From NCBI GenBank assembly GCA_965644495.1, contig CBFFSA010000012.1, forward strand, positions 310,001-374,000: a stretch of DNA of 64,000 nt. Reading direction: 5' to 3'. Both the position numbers and the translations under genes were made by a program. Each line of letters begins with the position of its first letter. Position 1 is the stretch's first letter. Below the pieces are notes generated by a model. The model did not search any database. It saw only the letters and a list, made by a program, of their open reading frames with translations, and was not told the origin of the DNA. The stretch is from Perkinsela sp. CCAP 1560/9. Lineage: Eukaryota; Protista; Euglenozoa: Kinetoplastea. Positions 49,884 to 60,145 of this stretch are shown one piece after another.

Positions 49884-50534
49884 ATGACTGCTCTTGCTCA
49901 TCTCCTGAAGCTACATCTTACAACGTTTGCTGTGATCCGCACTGCCGACTCGCACATGTCTACGTCGCGTCCTTCTAAGGTGAGAAACACAGAACTTCCA
50001 GATGAATACAATCTGGAGCGTTTTCTTAGAAATGTGGGGAAGCAGCATGATTCGTGGAGGGTTGAGAATCCTGTTTCTATGTGGGATGGCGTCACATGTA
50101 ACATGCTGGACATTGTGCATAGTATATGTATCTCGTGGACAAACCGCGACCTTACTGGAACTTTTCTGTGGGAATATATGCCGAAATCGACCGTTGCATT
50201 CGACGTTCAACAAAATAGACTAAGTGGTGAAGTGCGCTTCGAACTTTTGTCACCTAGTCTAGAATCGCTCAATTTAGCTCAGAATCTGTTTTTCGGTCCT
50301 ATTGATCTCAGATTTGCTCCGGGCGCTCTCACTGTGTTTTTCGGTGCGATGAATAAGTTCAGCGGCGAAGTTCTTCTTGGTAGTTTAAACCAAAACTTTC
50401 AGTATTTATACCTAATGAATAATCCGGATCTCAAAGGAACAATTTACAGATCTGAACTACCCCGTAGGCTTAAAACAACTGGGGTACTTCCGGGTCTTGA
50501 TGTGGGAGGCACGAACATTAAACTAATTCCATAG
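49884..50534 (+). CDS. LRR family copy 9
   Basis: SKVRNTELPDEYNL, WDGVTC, LRRs. Confidence 0.9.
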   Translation: MTALAHLLKLHLTTFAVIRTADSHMSTSRPSKVRNTELPDEYNLERFLRNVGKQHDSWRVENPVSMWDGVTCNMLDIVHSICISWTNRDLTGTFLWEYMPKSTVAFDVQQNRLSGEVRFELLSPSLESLNLAQNLFFGPIDLRFAPGALTVFFGAMNKFSGEVLLGSLNQNFQYLYLMNNPDLKGTIYRSELPRRLKTTGVLPGLDVGGTNIKLIP

Positions 50535-50913
50535 AAGATTTCCACATCGATATATGAGTTTCTATTATTGCGGAGCCTGGAATTGAAAAAAAGAGTGAAT
50601 ACGTCCAGATTGCGGTGGTTGTATAACTACCGCTCTACCCTCGATTATTGAAAAAAAGTCAACAAAAACAGTGAAAATATAAAGAGGAACACAGTAATAT
50701 AAATTTAACAGAGCAAATAATTATTTTTAGTGGCTTCGTTAAACGCGGTGGTTGTTTTGAACTTAGAAGTCACTCATGCTGCGCGCTTCACGCTGAAAAC
50801 TACCTCCGGGGGGTTTCCTACCCCTAGGGGTGGTCTGGACCCCCCATTTTTTTCAATTGTTTTTCAGTTTTGGGCCATATTCTTTTTATTATATTACTGT
50901 ATTCCTCTTTATA

Positions 50914-51649
50914 TTGAGGGAGATACTACTCCCTCGCTACCGTAGGTTAATTCGTCGTGCCCGATTTGTGGCCCGATTTCGTGCCCGATATCGTTTCAGG
51001 TGAGTTTTCGAAAAAAATGTTTACAAAGACGTATGAATCGAACTTAGTGACAAGACCACTAGTTTTTCAACAATTCCGATGGGTTCCCCCTGCCCCCTCC
51101 CCTCCCCACCAGGGTGATCATAGCAATTTCTGAAATTTTGAAAAAAAAACTGAAAATTTATGGGTGAAAGTGAAAAATTATATTTTTCCCGAATCAACTC
51201 CTAGACTGCTTTTTGAGCGTTTGGAGCCTTCTATACCTGTATACGCTTTGGTTTCATTCGATATTTCTCCACCCTGTGCCGGTAATTCACCTATAAAGGC
51301 CAAAATTTACCTGGAAGTGTGTGACACGCAAGGCCGTAGAGGAAGGAGGAGGCGCAAGGCAGAAGGCGTAGCCTTCTGTCTTTTTGCCGCGGCGACGACG
51401 ACTTCCTCGCGTGGGAAGCTGTAAGATTTCCTAGTGGGCATCTTTCGATGGCTATGTAACCCAGGCTAAAGTGGACGAGGGAGATACTAAAGGCACCTTT
51501 GGCAAACTACCACAAAACTGGAACGGTATCTCCCGGTTTGTAGAGCACTCTGATGTGACAAAAGGGTCTTTAACGGGAGATACCGTTCCAGTTTTGTGGT
51601 AGTTTGCCAAAGGTGCCTTTAATATCTCCCTCGTCCACTTTAGCCTGGG
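50914..51649 (+). mobile_element. Divergent palindrome-ended element (family C), nested in a reversed, deleted family A/B copy (50728-50913 plus 51650-51715)
   Basis: 5' hairpin GAGGGAG-ATACTA-CTCCCTC; 78-bp-arm palindrome 51458-51651; host sequence rejoins exactly when it is removed. Confidence 0.85.
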
Positions 51650-51928
51650 TTTTCAATGTTTTTGTTCACTTTTTCAATTATCGAGGGTAGAGCGGTAGTT
51701 ATACAACCACCACAATGTACGTTAAAGTGAAACTTTTCAGTAATTTTTAATTTTAATCCTTGATATGAGTGATGTTTCTAGGATTATTTGCCGTTTGTTT
51801 GCCCATCACCCCTCCTGGGTCATGGGTGGGCATGGTCAAAGTTGGCAAAATTCAAAAAAAAAATTGAACGGGGGTAGAAAATGGAAAAAAAAAGTTTATG
51901 AATTCCTATGTAAATTAATTTACATTTA

Positions 51929-52160
51929 TTAATACCCACCATGGTCTCCTTGAACGCTCTGCACTATTCGCAAGCGTTTAGGTACTGAACTTAAACTATT
52001 TAAGACTTGGCGTCGATAATGGTGACGCTTAAGTATCAGAAAGGCTTTCTTTACTGCCTTCCGGAGCTGTGTTTCAGTCTCTAGCTTCAAAATTTCTTTC
52101 ACAATTCGGTCCATTATTGACCAGACATTCTCGATCGGATTGAGGCCAGGAGAGAGTATA
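51929..52160 (-). pseudogene. Tc1/mariner transposase C-terminal fragment
   Basis: SPGLNPIENVW...SVPKRLRIVQSVQGDHGGY*. Confidence 0.82.
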
Positions 52161-52644
52161 TTGACGGACAATTTCAAGGCGCTCTGGGAGTGTACATCGC
52201 GACGTTTTATGGGTAATAGTGGGTGTCTTATTTTTCGGCGAGTTGGAGTACTGGCCTTTAGTAGATTTAACGGGGGTGTCCCTCAAATTCATAGAATAAG
52301 AAACCATATTTGAATAAAAAGCTCCTAAATTCTTGAAATATTGGGACTTTTCGGTAAAATTATGCTATTTTTTCGTATTTATTTCTATATATTTTTGACC
52401 CAGGGGGGGGGATGGGCAAACAAACGGCGGGAAATGCTCTAGTTTTTCGAGATCTGCTGGATGTCGAAGGAATTAGGTCAAAAGTTCTTACGGTGTGTTC
52501 TGGAGCCTGGGGGACCAGTACTTGGACTGTATACATGTACATGTATCTCCAAGTATCTGCAGCTACTGACAGCATACTCTCCAATGATCTAACCTGCAGT
52601 GTGATCTGCAATGTTGATTATTAACATCTACTTACGCAAAATAC

Positions 52645-54033
52645 TGTCACCCCCCCTTTATACTTCCGCCGGTTTCGGTGCCTTTGGAAGTATAAAGGGG
52701 GGGTCTGACTTTCGGAAGTATAAAGTCGGGTGGTATACCCAAAGTCGGTGGTAACTACCAAAAAAAACTTTACTATCTGGGCGCACTGTATGCCCCCCCC
52801 TGGATTCCCCGCTGGACCCCCCATTTTTTTCAATTTTTTTTTTCAGTTTTGGACCGCCAGAGCCCCCTTTTATATTTTTTTCTTCTATTATATCACTGTG
52901 TTCCTCTTTATATTTTCATTGTTTTTGTTCACTTTTTTTTCAATAATCGAGGGTAGAGCGGTAGTTATACATCCACCGCAATTAAAGGAACGCTAATTAA
53001 GGGAATAATTATTTTTCGTCATTTTTTGGCATTTTCAGGCAATTTATAATTACTAAGTAATGTCACCCTCCCTTTATACTTCCGACGGTTTCGGTACTTT
53101 TGGAAGTATAAAGGGGGGGTCTGATTTTTTGAAAAATCCGAGAAGCAAATGTTTTGGAAAAGGGGCAAAAAAAAATGCGCCGCTTCGCGGCGCTGGTTTC
53201 CTATTATTCTAGCTAAAAATCAATCATCTAATCTCCAAACAAGCAGGGCATAATGTTTGCTTCCGTGTTCCTCTTGCACACAATCAACATACGCTGTATA
53301 TTACGCTGTAGTGAATATGTGTCGGGACGATCTACCATTAGAAGCTTCATGGGACAGTCTTTGAAACGAGGTACATTCGCCTTTGCTGCAGCAGGAGCAT
53401 GTCCGCGCTGGCTGTCATCCCGCCCAGTTCGCTAAGGAGGAGTTCGTCAATTTTTTCGCATCTCGACATGTTTGTCCTTGTGCAAACCCCATCGCGCTTG
53501 CGACTATGATAGATTTACTTTTTTCTGGAAAAATCCGATACCATTTTTCCGGATGGAGCGGATGGTTCGAGATCAGACGCCGTACTTCTCGCTGATTTGT
53601 GGAGCACTGCTACTTTCATTTATTCTCGAATGACACGCATTCAACTTCTCCTACATTGTTGGGTTCTTTCCTTCCTGGGGTGAACCGACGGACACTTGTA
53701 ATGTGCAGGCTCCGCGCAGGCTCCGCGCTTGAAACCATTATTTCGTTGGGAGGCCGAACGCGATGAAGAGGGGAATAAAGCTTAACCCACTGTGAGTATT
53801 GACATGGGAAAAAATACGGCAAATAATTTAAATGTATATCTAGCAATATCTCTACACACATCTCTAACGTTTAATAAAAAAAATGTAGAAAATTGTTGAT
53901 TTATGTAGAAAATTTGTTGCTTCGCGGCGCATTTTTTTTGGGACCGGAAGTATAAAGCGGGGGTGCTGATTTTTCATCTGGATGAAAACGGAAAAAAAAA
54001 ATTGACCCCCCTGAAGTATAAAGGGGGGGTGAC
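52645..54033. mobile_element. Composite TIR element containing an inverted duplicate of about 46905-47609
   Basis: TGTCACCCCCCTTTATACTTC-type ends at 52645, 53061 and, inverted, 54033. Confidence 0.7.
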
Positions 54034-54553
54034 ACTTCCTAAACGAAAAATAGAATAAAAATCAGAAGTTTCATCAATTTTTGCGCCACAAAGACAGGAG
54101 TGTGCACTGCAAAGGGAGGAAAACACTCATCAAATATTTTCAATAAGAAAATTAATTTTAAGTAATTTTAGAATTAATTTTAATTTAGACTTTAAAAATT
54201 TTAATTAAGAATTTATTTTAGGTTTACATTTTACCGTCAAAGTGCTAATTAACAGAAGAAATATCATTGGAATAGTAATTAACGGAATAATAATTAACGG
54301 AATATTTATCTTTTTTTAGATTTTCACCAAAATCTTCCCAAACATTTTAGCCAGTGAGCGGTCTGTTCATCGACGAAATTCGAAGCACTTCTCTCCTGAA
54401 GAAACAAAAGCGACGTTACCACGAAAAGATGAATCGATTAAGCCGTATCAGCGGAGCGTTTCTCTTAACGTTTAAAGTTTTGTAGAAATTTAGTAAAAAT
54501 CATTGGAATAGTAATTAACGGAATAATTTCAGCCCAAAAAAACATTCCGTTAA

Positions 54554-55341
54554 TTTTTTAGTGGCTTCGTTAAACGCGGTGGTTGTTTTCAACTTAGAAG
54601 TCGCTCATGCAGCGCTCTTCGCGTTGAAAACTACCTTCGCGTTTAACGAATCCACTAAAAAAGAAAAATTCCCAAAACATTGTGAATAAACAATTTTTTC
54701 GGGCAAAACGGCCCGATTTTTCGGCGAAAATGGCGAAATTTTAACCGAAATTTAGGCCGTTTTTGATGCCTGACCATTAGTGGTAGGAGGCGAATCTGTT
54801 GAAAAAAACGTCGTAGAATGGTAGCTGAGGTCCAAAACTCTTAAAATACGTTTTAGGAGTCCATTTCGGAAAAATAATATTTTTCCTTTTTTTTGGGTCA
54901 AAATCTTATTTTTGGGTCATCCCAAATATTTCGGAAATTTTGACCTTGTCGGACCCCTCCTGCGCGTACCAGGGGCGGTCACCCCCAAGTGGGGGGGGGG
55001 ACTTCTTTAGGGGGACTTCTTTAGGGGGACTTCTTTTAACTCTACCACTTCCCTGCGCTCGATTTTAAAAAGCAAAAAAATCGAGAAAAAATTGTGACGT
55101 ACGCCCCCTGGACCTCCACCTGGACCACCCCCTGGATATGCCCCCCATGGACCCCCCCATGGACCCCCCATGTTTTTGAATTTGTTTTTTTCAGTTTTGG
55201 ACCACCGGAGCCCCCTTTTATATTTTTTTCTTCTATTATATTACTGTGTTTCTCTTTATAAAATTTCTCTTTATTTTCACTGTTTTTGTTCATTTTTTTT
55301 CAATAATCGAGGGTAGAGCGGTAGTTATACAACGACCGCAA
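54554..55341 (-). mobile_element. Full-length palindrome-ended element (subfamily A variant)
   Basis: Palindrome 54559-54657 with TAGTGG/CCACTA arms; 5' hairpin at 55318-55339. Confidence 0.88.
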
Positions 55342-55976
55342 TTATTATTATTGTTAATAACTTATTAACAATGCTTATTAATAATAAGCACTTTGACAGT
55401 AGTTTAATTTTTTAGGAAATTATTATTGTGTATGTTCTGAATGGATCATCCGCGCAACCATGCAGCGAAACTTCGCTCTCAAAAGCCTCCAACAAACTCG
55501 TCCCTTCTGGGATTTTTCACCTCGTATCGCACAGTTCTTGTGCTTACCACAAGCGTGTTCGCGTTTCTTACCATGGCTTACAACGTGCAAGAGCAGATGC
55601 ACTCCGAAAGAAGGTGTGTAAAATGCAAAGCGCAACCTTATAGAGGTTGAAAAAGAAAACATGGCACAAACGTTGGACTACGATTTAAAACGCCATACTA
55701 GGCGTAGATCCATCTTTGCTTCTAGGCGAATTAGCACTAGACAATCTAGTTGAATTAAGATCGCGTCGTAAAATACTTTTTTATTGCACGTTTATCCACT
55801 TTTGCACTACGTCTATTGTAAGAGTGGCGGTGCCAAAGATCTCTATGGAACCCTCTTATTATTACATATTTTTTGTTAGAAAACATTTCTCACTAAAGAA
55901 ATTACCTAGTCATCAATTTCTTTTGTGCACTTCCTTTGATCAAACTGGCGAAAGCGTATACCTACGCTTAATAAAA

Positions 55977-58382
55977 ATGTCGGCTAATAGCTGTTCGTTG
56001 GAAGCTGACAATCACATGTCAAACAGCGTGGAATTGCACCTCAGTTCCGCGCACAATCCATTAGACGGGTATGACCCGCACTCGAGTTCAACACCAGCTC
56101 TTTTTAGCCAACCCCACGAAATAAGTAAGTCAACGTCCAATCACCCTTTTCCAGGTGAGCACAATACCTCGCATTCTACCTCCACGACCTCAAACCCATC
56201 TCCACTGCATATCGATCCTGTTTCCGACCCCCACCTGGACCACATTTTGGAAAGTCCCACACTTCCGATCAGTGACAGCGCATACTCCCCTGTAGCGGAG
56301 CACGAACTACCGCCACAGCCTACCGATCTTCCTGTACCAGGATCCTCGCATGAAACCGATCCCTCCTTCGGCTCTCTTCCCCCTCATCCCTCTCTACCCT
56401 ATCCTCCTCCCGGGTTCTACCCCCCGTACTACGATCCCATAGAGTCCGCCAAATGGGGTACCCCCGGAACCACCGCGGAGCCAAGCGGTTTCCTATCCCA
56501 ACCCTGCCCCTTTACCGACCCCTCGGGGTTCGACCCTTCCTCCCTGTACGACCCCAACATGGGGTCCTACCCACCCCCGTTGGATCCACACTACCTGAAC
56601 CCGGAGACGGGTCTCCCGTACCCCTACCCCCCAGAGATGTACTCCGGCTCAGCGAACTGGGCCATGACGGAGGGGGTTGTGGGGTCCGTGGAATCTCCCT
56701 GGGCCGCCGGGGATGCCTATCCCCCCGTCCCCCCCATGGACATCACACCCGGGCCACCCTCCATGTTATCCCCTATGATCTCCAATACAGGGGGTTCCTC
56801 CTCCTACCTTCCCTCCCACCTACCCCAGGGAACTGTCCCGGAGCCCTACTCCCCGACGGTAAACCCCTTTTACCGTCCCAATGAATCGTTTCCCCCTCCC
56901 AGCGGTTCAGCAGAGCCGGTAGATGAAATGGAACAGATTCCTAGTAAGCCTAAAAAGAGAAGCTCGTCACCTCTTTTTGCTGCTACAGCAACAGCCCCTC
57001 CACCCACAATATTGCCTCCCCTCCCCCCTAACCTCTCCCTCCCCCACTCCGGGTCTCTTGTCCCTCGGGCGCCTCTCCTGGAGGAGAGTCCCTTTATGGA
57101 ACCACTACGTTCTCGCACCGGCGCCTCCCTGTCTCACATTAAACTCGACCAACGCTACGGTTGTAAAGGGAGTCACAAAGAAAGCTCAAACAAAAACGCG
57201 TTCAAAGAAGAAACCCAAACCCCTACCGAAACGAACACCTTCGCCAAACCCACGTTTCACGAAAAAAATGAAAACAAACCACCGCAACATGGGTTTCCTA
57301 CCGAAACCCCCCAAAACACAACTCTACCCCCACCTCTTTTGCGGGAACAAAACCTTAACCCTTTTCCTCTCTCAAAACAAACCAACCCTCCTCCTCACCA
57401 CAACCACAACAACAACAAAAGGGTTTCCCCATCGCCTCCCCCCTCTCCTCGACCCTCCCGGGACGCCCTCCCCCACTTCCTCCTCTCCCCCACCACCCCC
57501 CCCTCCCCCCCCCTCCACTTCCACGACCTCCCCCCCGGGGACCTCCTCGAGTACCACTACGACCTCAGCCTCATCCTCCACACCATCGCGACCGCCCACA
57601 CCCTCGCCCTTGTCTTCGGCCCCGAGGGTAACCCCCACGCCCTCCCCCCCCACGCCTACCTCTGGTGCGCGGACTACGCCGCGGAGGTGAGGGCGCTGGT
57701 CCCCGGGGCCGCGGTCAACGCCCGGGAGGAGGCCGTGGGGGAGGGGGACACGCTCAAGGAGGTCACGGGGGCCTTGCTGTCGCGGGTCCCCGAGATGGGG
57801 TTCCTGCGGTCCATGTCGCTGTACCAGGCGATGGCGACGCGGGTGGATCTCACGCCGCTGTACAGGGCGGTGTGTGAGATGTTCGCGGGGGGGCTGGGGA
57901 GCTACGAGGTGCAGTTCCGGGGGCTGTTCGGGGTGCCGACGAGGGTGGTGGTGAGGACGGGAGGGGGGGGGGAGGGATCGGGGGGGGGACCGAGGGTGTT
58001 TCGGGGAAAGGTGGCGTGGGAGAGCCTGCCGGAGGCCCCGGCGATGTTTAGTAATGGGAAAATGGTGGAGGAGATCGTTTCCGGGGAAAGGGATTGTGGG
58101 GTAGATAATGAGGTAGGGGTAGGGGAGGGTAGAACAGAATGGGATAGGACGGCCTCATGTGACGCGAATGTCGTGTCAAAGTCGGAAGCCAGTGCCAATG
58201 GAAAAAGCGAGGTGAGGGGTCTCCCATTGGATAAGGGAGAGAGGGGTGAGACACAGGTAAGATCCGCGTCAGTAAGACGCGGCTTAATGTCTTCGCGGAT
58301 GCGGCGGATGAGGCTCAGTCTTCTATTCGGAATGCTTTCGGTCTCGGCAATATGTTTTTGGGCACGTCGGAAGAGAAATTAG
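55977..58382 (+). CDS. Proline-rich hypothetical protein, probable C-terminal tail anchor
   Basis: About 800-aa ORF (start uncertain); ends LSLLFGMLSVSAICFWARRKRN. Confidence 0.8.
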   Translation: MSANSCSLEADNHMSNSVELHLSSAHNPLDGYDPHSSSTPALFSQPHEISKSTSNHPFPGEHNTSHSTSTTSNPSPLHIDPVSDPHLDHILESPTLPISDSAYSPVAEHELPPQPTDLPVPGSSHETDPSFGSLPPHPSLPYPPPGFYPPYYDPIESAKWGTPGTTAEPSGFLSQPCPFTDPSGFDPSSLYDPNMGSYPPPLDPHYLNPETGLPYPYPPEMYSGSANWAMTEGVVGSVESPWAAGDAYPPVPPMDITPGPPSMLSPMISNTGGSSSYLPSHLPQGTVPEPYSPTVNPFYRPNESFPPPSGSAEPVDEMEQIPSKPKKRSSSPLFAATATAPPPTILPPLPPNLSLPHSGSLVPRAPLLEESPFMEPLRSRTGASLSHIKLDQRYGCKGSHKESSNKNAFKEETQTPTETNTFAKPTFHEKNENKPPQHGFPTETPQNTTLPPPLLREQNLNPFPLSKQTNPPPHHNHNNNKRVSPSPPPSPRPSRDALPHFLLSPTTPPSPPLHFHDLPPGDLLEYHYDLSLILHTIATAHTLALVFGPEGNPHALPPHAYLWCADYAAEVRALVPGAAVNAREEAVGEGDTLKEVTGALLSRVPEMGFLRSMSLYQAMATRVDLTPLYRAVCEMFAGGLGSYEVQFRGLFGVPTRVVVRTGGGGEGSGGGPRVFRGKVAWESLPEAPAMFSNGKMVEEIVSGERDCGVDNEVGVGEGRTEWDRTASCDANVVSKSEASANGKSEVRGLPLDKGERGETQVRSASVRRGLMSSRMRRMRLSLLFGMLSVSAICFWARRKRN

Positions 58383-58887
58383 TCTGTGAAGCACAGTCGA
58401 ATCTGTGTGGTCTCACACACTTTTATAGGTTCCAGTTAACGGGTATTTGATGACTGTTCTTTTTATGGGGCCCGGAGTACTGACTTGACATAGGATAGGG
58501 TGAGCTCTCTCTAACGTTGGAGTCATATAACAAGATGGGTTATCGTTTCAATTTTCCATCCATGAATGCGACGATTTCGCAATTCAGATCCACGTTTTCT
58601 CTTTCAAAAAGGTTTTCTTTGACATTGATAGCTGGACAGTATGCACTTATCTTTCGAAATCAACAATTGTTACCTTTTCGAAGCTTCTATACATGAAGCT
58701 TCTGTATGTGTACCGTTTCAGCTCAAGATTGATGTATGAAAGGTATTTATTTTCTTTCAATTCTCTTATTTGCATTACAGAATGGCGTTTCTTTTTTCCT
58801 AACGGTGCTGGTATCTCTCGTACTTTACAAGCGAGGATTTCGGTGAGAAGCAAAAGGTCAGTTCAGTTGGTGTGGGTTTCCAAAGTA

Positions 58888-58972
58888 AACTTCGCATCGG
58901 ATACAGTTTCTGTACCTCGTTGGTACATTACCTTAGTTCATCTTTTTTATGCCCGGAGACGGGCATACTCTT
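58888..58972 (+). ncRNA. Spliced-leader (SL) RNA-like gene or pseudogene
   Basis: AACTTCGCATCGGATACAGTTTCTGTACCTCGTTG|GTAC matches the kinetoplastid SL core CAGTTTCTGTAC....TTG|GTA. It is followed by a U-rich tract and a GCCCG-GAGA-CGGGC stem-loop. Confidence 0.6.
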
Positions 58973-59105
58973 ACTGTACCTAAGGTCGGAACTGTCCCTC
59001 TTTATTACTGAAGCAGGGGACGCGCTTCCACCCCTTCACGCCTCCCCGACTCGCTCCCTTGGAGTGAATGCTTCCCTCTCTTTGCTTCTTTTTCTCCTGC
59101 GATTA

Positions 59106-59765
59106 CCGTATACCCCCCAGTAAGATACCCCGCCAGTAAGAGAGATTTGGCCCTTTTTGTGTTGACCCCCCGTAAGAGAGATTTCACTCGGGAGCCCCAC
59201 AGGAGGTGTATAGGGCGTAGGTGGTGGGTGTCCGCATGTCGGGGGCCTCGGGGGTATCCCAAATAAGCGTTTAATCACATTTCAAGAAGAAAAAATAGAA
59301 AACTTCGCTTAAAAAGTTGGGAGAAAAGAGAAAACTGGCCGAAAGAGCGTACCCCCCAGTAAACGGGGGTACGACTTAATGTACCGGGTACCCTTTTATA
59401 TACCGGGGGGCATAATCGCTACCCAATATACCCCCCCCTGGGCACTGTGGAAAACAAGGGGGTGGGGGGTATAAACGCTCAAAAAAAAATAGAGCGTTTA
59501 TACCCCCCACCCCCTTGTTTCCCACGGTGCCATCATGTATTGCCCCTTTTAGCCTCTTTGGTTACCGCAAAAAAACATTGGAGCTAATATATCCCCCACC
59601 CCCACGCATTATACCCCCCACCCGGTATAAACGGTGAGCGAATATACCCCCCCTTAATATACAGGGTACACTTTATTATACCCCTGTACATTAAGTCGTA
59701 CCCCCGTTTAAGAGATATTTGGCCATTTTGACCCAAAACCCATTCTCTTACTGGGGGGGATACGG
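59106..59765. mobile_element. MITE with a nested TA-TSD MITE (59362-59708)
   Basis: Outer CCGTA..CCCCCCAGTAAGA TIRs; inner AACGGGGGTACGACTTAATGTAC TIRs duplicating the TA of CAGTAAGAGA; inner hairpin 59441-59531. Confidence 0.75.
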
Positions 59766-60145
59766 CGTCTTCTTTTGTTTTTTTAAGGAAATTCTAAAAC
59801 AAATTTAGATTAAATTTTAGTACCGTACCCACTTACCGTGGACCCCCCAGTAAGAGAATGGGTTTTGGGTCAAAATGGCCAAATCTCTTTGACTGGGGGA
59901 GGGCAGTAGGGACCAATATTTGACGAAAATTTGTTCTTTTTTCGAAATTGCTCACAATGATTTTTCTCTTTTTCTCCACTTTTTTTGACGAATTTTTCTA
60001 TTTTTGCTTCTGAAAACGTGTTAAAATGCTAATTTAGGGTACCCCCGAGGCACCCGACATGTGGAGACCCACCCCCCTACGTCCTATGCGCATCCTCTGG
60101 GTCTCACGAACCGAATCTCTCTTACTGGGGGGGAGGGGGGGGGGG

